Assembly (NCBI GenBank): GCA_041751875.1
Contig: JBGSIC010000029.1
Span: 2,598-66,597 of the forward strand
Direction of reading: 5' to 3'
From: Bdellovibrionota bacterium
GTDB taxonomy: Bacteria; Bdellovibrionota; FAC87; UBA2466; JACKAF01
DNA length: 64,000 bases
The translations under genes and the position numbers were made by a program. A model generated the notes under the pieces. The model made no database searches and was not told the DNA's origin. It saw only the letters and a program-made list of their open reading frames with translations. This document shows, in pieces, positions 10,046 to 20,383 of this stretch. Position 1 is the first letter of the stretch, and every line of letters begins with the position of its first letter.

Positions 10046-10747
10046 ATGATTATCAAAGCCTACGCCCGAAGCGTGATTGGTAGCCGCGAAAAGAACCAAG
10101 ATTCTTATTTGATTGAAGATGATCGCCAGCTATACGCGATTGCCGATGGTGTGGGAGGAGGCGTGGGCGGTGAAGTCGCATCGTCGATGGCTGTCGAGGG
10201 CATAAAGGAACTTGCCCTTGATCACACAAAATTGAAAGAAGCGCTCGAAACCTGTCAGGAACGTATTTTGAGAAAGGCGCTAAAAGAGCATGGTGCCCCC
10301 GTGATGGGAACAACACTCACGGTGGTTTGTGTCGAAGGTAATCGGCTTCATCTTGTGCATGCAGGCGACTCTCGATGCTATTTATTCCGAGGAACACACC
10401 TCGAACTGAAAACGGAGGACCACGAGTTTTTTGATGATTCGTTGGGGGCCACCGTTCTAGGCTCGTATTTGGGAATTCCCACGGACGAGCATACGCTGCA
10501 AATTTTGCAGGACACCTTTGAAATTCTTCCCGGTGATCGCGTGCTTCTTTGCACCGATGGGCTCTACCGGCAAATCGAAGAGCCTCGTTTAGTTGAACTC
10601 ATTAAAACCTATGAGCATAACCCGGAAGAGCTTCTCGAAAAAATGACACAAGAAGCGGCCGAGCATCCACACTCCGATAACATTTCCATCGTTTATATTG
10701 AAGCTAAGGCCAAGGACGCAGGCACAAAAACCCCTACTCAAGAGTAA
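10046..10747 (+). CDS. PP2C-family Ser/Thr protein phosphatase
   Basis: Motifs SREKNQDSY, AIADGVGG, HAGDSRCY and LCTDGL in the PPM-family order. Confidence 0.8.
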   Translation: MIIKAYARSVIGSREKNQDSYLIEDDRQLYAIADGVGGGVGGEVASSMAVEGIKELALDHTKLKEALETCQERILRKALKEHGAPVMGTTLTVVCVEGNRLHLVHAGDSRCYLFRGTHLELKTEDHEFFDDSLGATVLGSYLGIPTDEHTLQILQDTFEILPGDRVLLCTDGLYRQIEEPRLVELIKTYEHNPEELLEKMTQEAAEHPHSDNISIVYIEAKAKDAGTKTPTQE

Positions 10748-10790
10748 CTCTTGTCTTCGGCTCTGGTCGGGATCTATAGTTTTGACCTAT

Positions 10791-11147
10791 ATGGGACAGG
10801 TCATAGCGATCAATCAGAGGCGGTTTTTTACGCTGGAGGAAGCCCAGGAGCTTCTCCCCGTTGTTCGTCGCGTGACGAGGCTCGCTGTGGAACGTGCGAA
10901 GTTTCTCAGCACTCAACTCAGCGTGGTTCAAAACCCAGAAAAGAAGCAAGCCCTAGAGGAAGACGTCTACCTAGTTTTTAAAGAGTGGCATGAAAAGGTT
11001 AAAAAACTCGGTGCGGATGCCAAGGGAATGTGGCTGGTCGATTTCGATACTGGGCGTGGGTACTATTGTTGGAAATACCCCGAAAAGGAAGTTTGCCATT
11101 ATCATGGCTACGAAGAGGGGTTTCGAGGTCGAGTTAAAATCCATTGA
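10791..11147 (+). CDS. Conserved hypothetical protein (DUF2203-like)
   Basis: Internal ATG at 10791 chosen. The ORF track starts at 10698, which would overlap the upstream phosphatase gene. Confidence 0.4.
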   Translation: MGQVIAINQRRFFTLEEAQELLPVVRRVTRLAVERAKFLSTQLSVVQNPEKKQALEEDVYLVFKEWHEKVKKLGADAKGMWLVDFDTGRGYYCWKYPEKEVCHYHGYEEGFRGRVKIH

Positions 11148-11509
11148 GTTCGCTTGAGTCTAATCGTTTCGTGCTGGTTTCTACCAAGAAATTTGCGGAC
11201 CTCACCACACGTACTTTCAGTTTTAAAGTAAGAGGCAAAACCTACCAAGGATTCGTAGTGAGAAAAAAGGGAACCTATTTTCCCTACCTGAACCGTTGCC
11301 GTCACCTACCGGTCACTCTTGATCTCGAAGATAATCAGTTTTTTAATCACGATCAGTCCGCACTTCAGTGCCATATGCATGGCGCTGTTTATGAAATTGA
11401 AACCGGCCTTTGCGTCGGAGGACCATGTGTGGGAGCTTCTTTGCGAGCCTTAAGCTTCGAAGAGGAGGGTGACCAGTTGGTCATCGCTATCCCTGATGAA
11501 ATTGAGTGA
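11144..11509 (+). CDS. Rieske [2Fe-2S] domain protein
   Basis: CRH ... CHMHG, a CxH-x(n)-CxxH Rieske ligand pattern. Confidence 0.5.
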   Translation: MSSLESNRFVLVSTKKFADLTTRTFSFKVRGKTYQGFVVRKKGTYFPYLNRCRHLPVTLDLEDNQFFNHDQSALQCHMHGAVYEIETGLCVGGPCVGASLRALSFEEEGDQLVIAIPDEIE

Positions 11510-12497
11510 ATCAGAAATCCTTGTTGTGGGTGGCGGCCTATGGGGGCTTTTGCTCAGTGAGCGGCTTAGCCGCAAAACAACTTCGCTTTGCTTTCTGCCC
11601 ACACCGGAACCTTCCCATTTGGCTCCCCCGCTTCCCGTTCATATCGGTACGGGAGAACCCCCACGAAATGCGGAGAAAGTTTTTGGGGAATCTTTATTCC
11701 GAGCGGTTTGGTCAGCGAGCGAAAAAAATATGCAGATCGCAAAAAGTCTCTGCGCAGACTTGGGCGTTGATTGCCAATTGGACACGCTTATCTGGGAAGA
11801 AGGAACACTTGAACGCTCTCAAGCGCTTCAACTCGATTTCCAGGCACTGCAAAAAGCTCTACGAAAAAAATTGGAAAGCCGGAAAATCGCTATTCATGCA
11901 GTGGAAAAACCCATTCAGGTTTCTGGAGCGCAGCCCTTTAAATACACGCTTCGTGGTGGTTCCGGTCTCACGTACCAAAGTTCACTCGTCATTTGGCTAG
12001 ACGAACCCAACCTGGGGAATTTCTTTGCCTCGTTTAAAGATAAGTTGATTCCTGCAACACTGAGTTCCTTTCTTTACCCCGCCTCCCCAAAGACCCAAGG
12101 GGTGCTTCACCTTTTTAATAAAGGGGCGGATTTTGCAGCAGTGGAACCGACGGGTTTGCGACTGGGAAGCTACCGCAACCTGTACAGCGATACCGGGGTG
12201 GGCTTGCGCGAAGGGATCGATCCCAAAACCTTACAAGGTGTGAAGGCTTTTTTTAAAACCAAGAAATGGATTGGCGACGAGGAACCCCTTCAGAGTTTTG
12301 TTAACTGGGAGCACTTGAGCTGCGACGGACTGGGCTGCGTGGGATCACTCAGTGAAGCGCCCGGCGTGTACGTTGCGGCGGGGTTCGCCGGCCGCATGCA
12401 GAATTTTATTTTTCTGATCAGTGAAGCGATGGCACGATGGGCGAGTGGTGAAAAGTTCAGCGACCTAGATGTTTTCTCGCCCCGCCGTTTTGTTTAG
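11469..12497 (+). CDS. FAD-dependent oxidoreductase
   Basis: N-terminal dinucleotide-binding motif ILVVGGGLWGLLLSERL. It overlaps the Rieske gene by 41 nt, so the true start may be downstream. Confidence 0.55.
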   Translation: MTSWSSLSLMKLSESEILVVGGGLWGLLLSERLSRKTTSLCFLPTPEPSHLAPPLPVHIGTGEPPRNAEKVFGESLFRAVWSASEKNMQIAKSLCADLGVDCQLDTLIWEEGTLERSQALQLDFQALQKALRKKLESRKIAIHAVEKPIQVSGAQPFKYTLRGGSGLTYQSSLVIWLDEPNLGNFFASFKDKLIPATLSSFLYPASPKTQGVLHLFNKGADFAAVEPTGLRLGSYRNLYSDTGVGLREGIDPKTLQGVKAFFKTKKWIGDEEPLQSFVNWEHLSCDGLGCVGSLSEAPGVYVAAGFAGRMQNFIFLISEAMARWASGEKFSDLDVFSPRRFV

Positions 12498-12502
12498 AGG
12501 GA

Positions 12503-13645
12503 ATGATGAAAGACAGTACGATTGGAATTCATGCAGGCGAGCCGAAAACAAAGGCGGGCGATCCTGTCGTTCAACCCATTTACCAGAGCGCAAATTATAT
12601 TTCAGGAGGAGAGGAAGAAAGCTACGAAGATGTCCGGTACATGCGACTGAATAACTCTCCTAATCACGAAACCCTTCATACGAAGTTAGCCGCTCTGGAG
12701 GGAGCGGAGGACGCGCTAGTGCTCGGCTCCGGGATGGCCGCTATTTCCAACGCTCTTTTGGCTTTGATCCCACTTGGGGGTGAACTGCTAGCCCAGAAAT
12801 GTCTGTACGGCGGCACCGCTCACTTTTTGAACGATTTTTTCCCGAGCTTAGGGCGAAAGGTTCGTTATTTTCGGGATGAGGATGATTTGGAATCTTTGGT
12901 TAACTCTCACACCAAAGCCATTTACGTAGAATCTATTTCAAACCCTCTTCTGGGTGTTCCTGACTTCGACCAAGTCGTATCGGTAGCGAAGAAGTACTCC
13001 CTTCTTACTTTAGTCGATAACACGATTCCCTCGCCCATCAACTTCAAGCCCCTTTCGATGGGTTTTGATATTTCTCTTCACAGCGCTACGAAGTATCTCA
13101 ACGGTCACAGCGATATTGTCGCCGGTGCCGTGATCGGAGCCAAAAAACATTTAAAAGAAGTACGTCACCTGGCCGTGGAGTTGGGGGGGAGTCTTGATGC
13201 CAACGCGTGCTTTCTACTGAATCGGGGACTGAAGAGCTTGGCACTGCGGGTAGAGCGGCAGACGTCGAGTGCCACCAAGCTCGCCCAAGCTCTGTCTGGC
13301 CACCACAAGATAGCAAAGATCCATTATCCTGGTTTGGCCTCGCATCCCGACGCTAAACGTGTCGCCCGCTATTTCAAGGGCGCTGGCGGTGTGCTTTCCT
13401 TTGAGTTTAACGGCAGTGTGGCGCAGGCCGATGAGTTTATCCACCGCTTGGAGCTCCCCAAAATAGCGGCGAGCTTGGGGGGAGTGGAAAGCCTCATCAC
13501 CCGACCGGTGACGACATCCCACCGGGCCCTGAGCAAAGAACAATTGAATGAATTAGGCATCAAAGATACACTTGTTCGCGTTTCTGTGGGCTTGGAAGAC
13601 CCCTCAGATCTGGTAACTGATTTTTTGAAAGCTCTAGAGAGCTAA
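12503..13645 (+). CDS. Cys/Met-metabolism PLP-dependent enzyme (cystathionine gamma-synthase / beta-lyase / methionine gamma-lyase family)
   Basis: PLP-Lys motif SATKYLNGHSD, about 380 aa, and the GGVESL motif near the C-terminus. Confidence 0.8.
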   Translation: MMKDSTIGIHAGEPKTKAGDPVVQPIYQSANYISGGEEESYEDVRYMRLNNSPNHETLHTKLAALEGAEDALVLGSGMAAISNALLALIPLGGELLAQKCLYGGTAHFLNDFFPSLGRKVRYFRDEDDLESLVNSHTKAIYVESISNPLLGVPDFDQVVSVAKKYSLLTLVDNTIPSPINFKPLSMGFDISLHSATKYLNGHSDIVAGAVIGAKKHLKEVRHLAVELGGSLDANACFLLNRGLKSLALRVERQTSSATKLAQALSGHHKIAKIHYPGLASHPDAKRVARYFKGAGGVLSFEFNGSVAQADEFIHRLELPKIAASLGGVESLITRPVTTSHRALSKEQLNELGIKDTLVRVSVGLEDPSDLVTDFLKALES

Positions 13646-13658
13646 AAGGAACCTTGCG

Positions 13659-14219
13659 ATGAAACACTTTTTGATGACTTGGGCCGGGATTGCTTTCACC
13701 TGCTTTTTCATTACTGCCTGCACCCAGTGCGGTAGCAAACAAACGCTAAAAGACGCGACCGCCCCTGTGGCCGAGTCGCCTGAAACACAAGGAAAGAACA
13801 ACATGCTGATTGAACTCTCTTCTGGCGGAAACGTCGAAATCGAATTCTTCCCTCAGGAAGCGCCCAAAACAGTCGCGCGCATAAAGCAATTGGTGGCGGA
13901 AGGTTTTTACAACGGTCTTAATTTTCACCGCGTAGTTCCCAACTTTGTGGTCCAAGGTGGCGATCCCAAAGGGGACGGAACGGGCGGTTCCGGAACAAAA
14001 TTGCCTGCCGAGTTTAATCAGCACAAGCATGTTGAGGGCACGGTCGCCATGGCACGAGCCGCCGATCCTAACTCAGCGGATAGCCAGTTTTATATTTCCT
14101 TGGGAACCCATCCCCACCTGGACAACAACTACACGGTGTTTGGGAAAGTCACGTCGGGCATGGATCTCGTGAAGAAGATCAAGCCGGGCGACAAAATGGC
14201 GAAAGTTACATTGAAGTAG
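13659..14219 (+). CDS. ppi: Cyclophilin-type peptidyl-prolyl cis-trans isomerase, lipoprotein
   Basis: FHRVVPNFVVQGGDP, SQFYISLG and lipobox ITAC. Confidence 0.85.
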   Translation: MKHFLMTWAGIAFTCFFITACTQCGSKQTLKDATAPVAESPETQGKNNMLIELSSGGNVEIEFFPQEAPKTVARIKQLVAEGFYNGLNFHRVVPNFVVQGGDPKGDGTGGSGTKLPAEFNQHKHVEGTVAMARAADPNSADSQFYISLGTHPHLDNNYTVFGKVTSGMDLVKKIKPGDKMAKVTLK

Positions 14220-14249
14220 TTCTAAAAGGTGCCTGGCACCTTTTGGAAC

Positions 14250-14540
14250 TTAGGATAAATGAGACAGGTCGGTGACCTGAAACTGCTGGCTGAGTTTGCG
14301 GAAATCAGGTTCCGTTTCGGCGACTAATTCCACGGTATGGCAGACCCACTGGTATTTCTCGCCCACTTTGCGGGCCGTGACGTCGAAGACGACTCGCTGC
14401 ATCGGGCTAATGACGTGCCACAACTCGCGACGCAGGTCAGCACCAGGCTCTCCTAGCTGCTTATCAAGATCGGAAACAAAACCACGGACTTGGTCCAGGT
14501 CTTCAGGCTTAGGCCGTCTAATTATATAGCGCATCGACAT
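14250..14540 (-). CDS. Hypothetical protein
   Basis: 96-aa ORF with no competing ORF and a plausible intergenic context. Confidence 0.3.
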   Translation of the reverse strand: MSMRYIIRRPKPEDLDQVRGFVSDLDKQLGEPGADLRRELWHVISPMQRVVFDVTARKVGEKYQWVCHTVELVAETEPDFRKLSQQFQVTDLSHLS

Positions 14541-14765
14541 GTGAGGGTCCTTCTGGAGGATTTATACTTTAGGATGACGGGACTTACAAAACTTTTTGGT
14601 GCTGCCTTCCTTGATCCCCTTCCTTGGAGCATGGGATAATAAGGACTGATCCAGCGGGATCCCAAAGAGCCGCTTTTCCAGCTCCTTGCCGCGTCTCGGG
14701 CAACAGCCTCTTTACGACGCCCCTTTTCAATTCAAATTCAGATTCTGCATCTCTAGGAGCCTCTC

Positions 14766-15035
14766 ATGTCGAAGAAACTTTACGTTGGTAATCTCAGTTA
14801 CGAAGTCACCGAAGATGAACTTTCCCAGCTTTTCTCCCGCTGTGGTCGAGTTGATGGCGTTCGCATTGTTAAAGACCGTGATACCGGACGGTCCAAAGGT
14901 TTTGGTTTCGTCGAAATGGTGGATGCGGATGAAGCTCACCAAGCCAAGGAATCGATGACCGGACAAGATTTGCGGGGGCGCCCCCTGACGGTTGATTTTG
15001 CTCGCGAAGAACAAGGTCGCAGCCCGCGACGGTAG
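14766..15035 (+). CDS. RRM-type RNA-binding protein
   Basis: RNP-2 LYVGNL and RNP-1 KGFGFVEM. Confidence 0.85.
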   Translation: MSKKLYVGNLSYEVTEDELSQLFSRCGRVDGVRIVKDRDTGRSKGFGFVEMVDADEAHQAKESMTGQDLRGRPLTVDFAREEQGRSPRR

Positions 15036-15050
15036 TGATAAGGAGTCTCG

Positions 15051-15653
15051 ATGAAAATCTCTTTTCGGCCGCTGGCGCGGTATGCCTTTTTGGCTTTCTT
15101 AGCCCTGCCGGTTTCTGCAGGTGCCGTTGAGGTATTCGCCAAGGGGTCTGCTTCACGGACGATGGTGAGTCAAGACCAATGGACGATAAGCATTAAAGCC
15201 ACGGGCGGTTTTGCCTTTTACTTAGCGGACGGGATTCGCCTTGAAGCCCGCTACACAAACATAAGCTCGCTTCAAAATAAGTTGGAGGTTGCCGACGCCG
15301 GCGTCTCGGGAACCGTCTCGGACATCTTAACCGAAACGGCTATCTACAGCGGAGGCGTTAACATTGATCTGTTTAGCCGACGCGCGCGATTTCGGCCTTA
15401 TCTCTACTTAGGAGCGGGCTACGCGATTGCCAAACGCAGCTATGATTTCCAACTTTCCACCAGTCCGAGCAAAACCTATTTTGAAGAACCCGAACAGCGG
15501 GGACTCTCAGGTAACGTGGGCTTGGGTGTCGACTGGGAAGTGGCAAAAAGTTTCGCAGTCGAGCTTGAAGTGCTTTCCTACATCACAAACTTCGAAGACG
15601 ACAAACCGCTTATCAACCTCTACGGAAGTCTAGGCGTCCGGCTTCTCCTCTAG
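15051..15653 (+). CDS. Outer-membrane beta-barrel protein (porin/OmpA-like family)
   Basis: Signal peptide followed by alternating amphipathic strands. Confidence 0.45.
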   Translation: MKISFRPLARYAFLAFLALPVSAGAVEVFAKGSASRTMVSQDQWTISIKATGGFAFYLADGIRLEARYTNISSLQNKLEVADAGVSGTVSDILTETAIYSGGVNIDLFSRRARFRPYLYLGAGYAIAKRSYDFQLSTSPSKTYFEEPEQRGLSGNVGLGVDWEVAKSFAVELEVLSYITNFEDDKPLINLYGSLGVRLLL

Positions 15654-16949
15654 GTCCTTGGGTTGCTGAGGCTTTCCCCTTTCCCCCAAAAATTCTTGAA
15701 AGCGTTTCTCTACGCCTCGGTTGCTAGGGATATAAAAGCGCTTGTCCTTAATCTCGTCAGGTAAGTAAGTCATTTTCACCCAAGCGTTCTCACCCTTGTG
15801 CGCGTATTGGTATCCCGCCCCGTAACCCCATTCCTTCATCGCTTTCGTGGGAGCGTTTCGCAGGTTCATCGGGATCTGCAAATGGCCTGTCGTTTTCACT
15901 TCAGCTAGGGCGGCATCGATCGCCTCGTAAGCACGATTGCTCTTTTCCGAACACGCCAAATAAGTCGCTGTCTGCGCCAGCACAATACGCGCCTCAGGCA
16001 TTCCTATCGCGTGCACCGCTTGAAGGGCGGAAGTGGCGAGTACAAGACCCATCGGATTCGCGTTGCCTATGTCTTCCGAGGCTAGGATGAGCAGCCTGCG
16101 GGCGATAAACACAGGGTCTTCGCCACCGGCAATCATTCTCGCCATATAATAGAGAGCGGCATCGGGGTCGCTTCCTCTCACGCTTTTAATGAAAGCGGAG
16201 ATGGTGTCGTAGTGTGCTTCTGATTTCTTATCGTAATAAAGTTCCTGGGCGTGACTGAGCTGATCGAAGTCTTCCAAAGTCACATCCGCTTTGGATCCCA
16301 CTGTCATTTTAAGATGATCCAAAAGCGTCAAAGCGCGCCTGGCATCCCCCACAGAAGAGGCAGCAATTTTTTCTAATACTTCCAAAGGGACGTGCGGCGG
16401 ATTTTTATCGGCGCGTTTGAGAAGCGAAACGAGATCGTCTTGAGAGAGTGGTTCCAAATGAAAAATGAGACAGCGAGAGCAAATCGCGTTGTTAATTTCA
16501 AAAGAAGGATTTTCTGTAGTCGCTCCAATAAAGCGAATGGTTCCGCTCTCTAGGTGAGGAAGAAGCACATCTTGTTGCCCCTTGTTGAGCCGGTGCACTT
16601 CATCAATAAATAAAATCCACGCGGGTTTTCCCGAACTCACATCTTTTTGAGAAGCTTCTAAAATAGCGCGAAAGTCCTTCACTCCTGCGGTGACCGCGGA
16701 AGAGGCGCGGAAAGGGCGTTGAGTGAGATTGGCAATGACGGTCGCAAGCGTGGTTTTACCCGTGCCTGGAGGACCCCAAAAAATGAGACCGGTCCACGTG
16801 TCTCCCGTGAGAAGACGTGCGAACTTTTCGTTCAAAAAATGCCTCTGTCCGACGACATCCCCCAGAGACTGAGGGCGCATGCGATGGGCAAGGGGGCCTT
16901 CAGCGACTTGGGAGAAAAGAGAGTCTTGATTTTGGTCTTCCATAGGCAC
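15630..16949 (-). CDS. rarA: Replication-associated recombination protein A (MgsA/RarA AAA+ ATPase)
   Basis: Walker A GPPGTGKTT, Walker B LFIDEVH, about 440 aa with C-terminal MgsA helical domains. Confidence 0.85.
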   Translation of the reverse strand: MPMEDQNQDSLFSQVAEGPLAHRMRPQSLGDVVGQRHFLNEKFARLLTGDTWTGLIFWGPPGTGKTTLATVIANLTQRPFRASSAVTAGVKDFRAILEASQKDVSSGKPAWILFIDEVHRLNKGQQDVLLPHLESGTIRFIGATTENPSFEINNAICSRCLIFHLEPLSQDDLVSLLKRADKNPPHVPLEVLEKIAASSVGDARRALTLLDHLKMTVGSKADVTLEDFDQLSHAQELYYDKKSEAHYDTISAFIKSVRGSDPDAALYYMARMIAGGEDPVFIARRLLILASEDIGNANPMGLVLATSALQAVHAIGMPEARIVLAQTATYLACSEKSNRAYEAIDAALAEVKTTGHLQIPMNLRNAPTKAMKEWGYGAGYQYAHKGENAWVKMTYLPDEIKDKRFYIPSNRGVEKRFQEFLGERGKPQQPKDLEEKPDA

Positions 16950-17031
16950 TCACCGGCGTTATAATGGCCCGGCTTGAACATTTCAAGAATCTCACCGGAG
17001 AGCGGTTCCGGAAGAGGAGCGAGTAACAACG

Positions 17032-18147
17032 TTGCGCAATCGGCTGAGCCTGACTTCACGCTACTTATGGAAGTATCTCTTTGGCGAGGTACTCGTAACG
17101 TTCATGCTCGGAACGGTGGTGTTTTTGGGGCTGATGTGGGCCCTACAATCTTTAAAATTCTTCGAGTTTGTTGTTCTTCAACAAGTTTCAATTCTCAATA
17201 TTTTCAAGCTCAGCTATTACCTTGCGCAGTCGGCAATCACGATTGCCATTCCCGTCGCTTTTTTGTTTGCGATTATTTGGGGAATATCCCGCGCCAAGAG
17301 CGAAGGGGAGATCCTCGCCCTTGAAGCTTCCGGCGTAAGTGCGCTGAGCATTTATCTCCCTATTTTGTTGATGTCGTTGGCCCTCACCGGGCTTTGTATT
17401 TGGCTGTCTTTATTCATTGTTCCCAACGGGCAAAACCGTTTGGAAATTATGTTGCGGCAGATGGGCGTAAAAACCGTTATCAGTGGCTTTAAAACGGGAA
17501 CGTTTACAGAAGGTTTTGCTGGCATGATTTTTTATGCCGAAGAGGCAGAAAACGATCAAATCAAAAGAGTCTTTATCTACGACAAACGTGAGCCTAACGC
17601 GCACTTTGCGATCACCGCGCAGAGTGCAAGCCTTAAGAAGAAAAAGGATGAAGACGCGATAACCTTGCGATTAGCCGATGGTTCAATTCATGTGATTCCC
17701 AAAGGGCAGCAAGAATTTCAGCAGAAGATTGATTTTGATATCTATGACGTAAACCTCGATATCAACTCAGGCAAAGGAATTGGAGGCTGGCATACTGTAC
17801 CGGAATTTACGTACCCGATGCTCATCGCCAAACGTAAAGAAACGGAAGACAGCGTTTATCGCATCAAACTAGAACTAGAACTTCACCGTCGTTTTGCGAT
17901 GGCCTTTGCGTGCGTGGTGTTTGGTGCGTTGGGATATTTCATCGGACTCAAAAGTAAAAAGGGCATGGGCAGTTCTTCGGTCGTGTTGTGCCTGCTCATC
18001 GCAGTGATTTACTGGCTCGGTTACCTTTGGGCGACCGCCGCTTCGCTCAGCGGAAGCATTCCCCCGTGGATTGGGGTCTGGATTCCCAACTTCGTTTTCT
18101 TACTGATTCCCCTGTATTTTGCCCGAAAATTCCGCCTCGCGCCCTAG
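17032..18147 (+). CDS. LptF/LptG-family LPS export permease (YjgP/YjgQ)
   Basis: Six-TM topology with a large periplasmic loop. The N-terminus LTSRYLWKYLFGEVL is typical. Confidence 0.7.
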   Translation: MRNRLSLTSRYLWKYLFGEVLVTFMLGTVVFLGLMWALQSLKFFEFVVLQQVSILNIFKLSYYLAQSAITIAIPVAFLFAIIWGISRAKSEGEILALEASGVSALSIYLPILLMSLALTGLCIWLSLFIVPNGQNRLEIMLRQMGVKTVISGFKTGTFTEGFAGMIFYAEEAENDQIKRVFIYDKREPNAHFAITAQSASLKKKKDEDAITLRLADGSIHVIPKGQQEFQQKIDFDIYDVNLDINSGKGIGGWHTVPEFTYPMLIAKRKETEDSVYRIKLELELHRRFAMAFACVVFGALGYFIGLKSKKGMGSSSVVLCLLIAVIYWLGYLWATAASLSGSIPPWIGVWIPNFVFLLIPLYFARKFRLAP

Positions 18148-18308
18148 CCGTTCAGTTCATGTCACCTTGTATTCACCCTGAATACACCCCAGTTTCGTGG
18201 TCCCCTCACGAAAGCTTGGGCGGTTGTGCATAAATTCGACGAATTTCACAGTTTAAGCCATTGAAATTATAGATAAAAACGTGGCATTTCGGTTGCATTC
18301 TTTTAGGG

Positions 18309-20378
18309 GTGAGAACTCATCAAAAGACGATGCAACAGAGACACTTCATCCCGGCGCTGATTAACAGCCTCATTTTAGCCCTCGTTTTTGGGCCCGTTTC
18401 CGCGCACGCGGGATCGGTAAGCACCGCTCGCAATCTGGGCACGTCTACTACACAAAGCCGCCAGCAACTTTTAAATACCCTTCGCAATTTTGGCGATCGG
18501 GCGCCGCAAAGTTTCAGTAACGCCTTTACCGGTCAACCGGTTCAGCCGCAAACTACCGATTCGGTTACCAATCCGACAACGCTGCAAGCGCCGCAGCTTC
18601 CTTCTTTGGATCTTTTGGATTTTACTGGCGCAAAAACGCCTTCCACGGTCCCACCTTCTTCGAACTTGCCTCCGCTCACCATTGCTCCTGCTAGTGGAAC
18701 GAGTGCTGCTGCGGGTGTCGATGACGAAATCCAACAAGTTGTTTCGGATCCTTTTAAAGTTTCAAAGACGCGTCGTCCGCCTTCGACTCCGTTACCGCCC
18801 AAAGCACCGATGACACCGCTACCGCCGGACAAAACAAAATCGCCCCCAAAAAACATTACGGGTGAGGGCGCGCAGGGTGGGTCACAGGTTTTGCCGAGGT
18901 GGAAGCCGTTGTGTTTTTTGATTGAGCCGAACTACAAGGATCCTAACAAGCTGATAAAAGGCGTGGTCGACACTTACGCAAGCTGTGGCGTGGTCGCAGA
19001 AGTATTTCCCTTTACCGTAAAGAACATGCCGTGGGGCCCAGATGAAACAAACGAAGCGGCCCGCACGGTTTGTAATCTAGCAGAAACCTTTGGCGTAGCC
19101 GAAACCTCAATTCAAACGTTGCACAAGAATCCCCTCGCCGATGACGAAATGTGCGGAGAGCCACCGGGAAAAGATGGTGGAACAGCGGGTTGCGCGGAAT
19201 TCGCTCCCCCTCGCACTGGCGGCTTCTCTAAGTCAGACACAGACAAATTGAATGAAAAACTTAAAGCCGGCGGCGGCGGGCACTTTGGTGGTGCCGGCAA
19301 GAGTGGCGGTAAAGATCTGGTTTCTATTCTCTCTCCGGGGCAAGGCACCTCTACGTCAGTTCACGAATTTCAACACAACAATGGTGGTGTGAACGTGGGT
19401 GAGGGCGATCCGAAGAAACCGCACGGTGATTATGGCATTGAATCGGTGAAAAAGGATGGAAGTGCGCACAACGGCCATGGCGGTTTAGGGAACATGGCTA
19501 GTGGAGGGGGATCGGGTGCAACAATGACAGCCGAAGGCTGCGCACATCTTGTGGGTGCTTCCAATAAGAACGATGGTACGCACGCGTACACCCCGAGCCG
19601 AGAGATTTATTACAAAAAGATTGAAGATCCGCAGTACCAGTACGATATGGCGGGCGGACGAAGCTTCTTTGAAGGAGCGGGGGGCGGTTTACCTCCTCCG
19701 CCAGCGCATCCGCCTCGGGGAATTCAAGGCGATCTCGCCTTTGATCCTCCTGCGAAAGCCACCTTGCCGCCGCCTGGAAAAAGCAGCGGTCACCAACGTC
19801 CGCCCAAGGGCGGCTCAACTTCTGCTGGCAAAGTGTCGTCGCCCGAGCTCGATAGTGGTTTTTTCGGAAAGAACGAAGACGAGCTTTTTGGAAAATCGGA
19901 AGATGTTTTTGCTGAAACAGATGTCCCTTTGAAAACAAAGGTTGCGGGTGCCCCTCCTGCCGGTAAAGGCAAAGGGTCGAACAAACTTTTCTTTGACGAT
20001 GAAGAGCCCGCGGAAAAAAAGAAAGACGGGGAATCCAAAGGTAAAAAGGGTTCGGGTAGCAGCACGGCGACGCTTGGGGGAACCTCTGTGGGCGGCACCA
20101 GTATCGGTGGTGCGGGCACTCAGTCGGGAACCGATGTTTCCGGAACCAGTTTGCGTGAACCTGCTTCTGCCGGAGGAGCCGCAGGCGCGGAAGGCGATGG
20201 CCTTGAAACCACAGAAGCAAGTCTCGATGGCGGCTTTTTCTCTGGCGGTTTGGGTTCGTGGCTGAAAGATGACGATGAAGACGCGGATACTGAGGGAATG
20301 GACGGAGATTTCTGGGCGAAGAAAGCACCCAAAGCGAAACCTAAGGCGACTGACCGAAAAGTTCGGGCGGTGAAATAG
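18309..20378 (+). CDS. Large secreted low-complexity protein (Pro/Gly/Thr/Lys/Asp-rich), function unknown
   Basis: Signal peptide followed by extended PxxP tracts and Gly-rich tracts. The C-terminus is acidic then Lys-rich. Several long reverse-strand ORFs here are compositional shadows. Confidence 0.55.
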   Translation: MRTHQKTMQQRHFIPALINSLILALVFGPVSAHAGSVSTARNLGTSTTQSRQQLLNTLRNFGDRAPQSFSNAFTGQPVQPQTTDSVTNPTTLQAPQLPSLDLLDFTGAKTPSTVPPSSNLPPLTIAPASGTSAAAGVDDEIQQVVSDPFKVSKTRRPPSTPLPPKAPMTPLPPDKTKSPPKNITGEGAQGGSQVLPRWKPLCFLIEPNYKDPNKLIKGVVDTYASCGVVAEVFPFTVKNMPWGPDETNEAARTVCNLAETFGVAETSIQTLHKNPLADDEMCGEPPGKDGGTAGCAEFAPPRTGGFSKSDTDKLNEKLKAGGGGHFGGAGKSGGKDLVSILSPGQGTSTSVHEFQHNNGGVNVGEGDPKKPHGDYGIESVKKDGSAHNGHGGLGNMASGGGSGATMTAEGCAHLVGASNKNDGTHAYTPSREIYYKKIEDPQYQYDMAGGRSFFEGAGGGLPPPPAHPPRGIQGDLAFDPPAKATLPPPGKSSGHQRPPKGGSTSAGKVSSPELDSGFFGKNEDELFGKSEDVFAETDVPLKTKVAGAPPAGKGKGSNKLFFDDEEPAEKKKDGESKGKKGSGSSTATLGGTSVGGTSIGGAGTQSGTDVSGTSLREPASAGGAAGAEGDGLETTEASLDGGFFSGGLGSWLKDDDEDADTEGMDGDFWAKKAPKAKPKATDRKVRAVK

Positions 20379-20383
20379 AGTTT

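Noticed and set aside
11506-12000. 164-aa +-strand ORF in an alternative frame
   Set aside because: It overlaps the FAD-oxidoreductase gene in another frame. Its basic, low-complexity translation is probably spurious.
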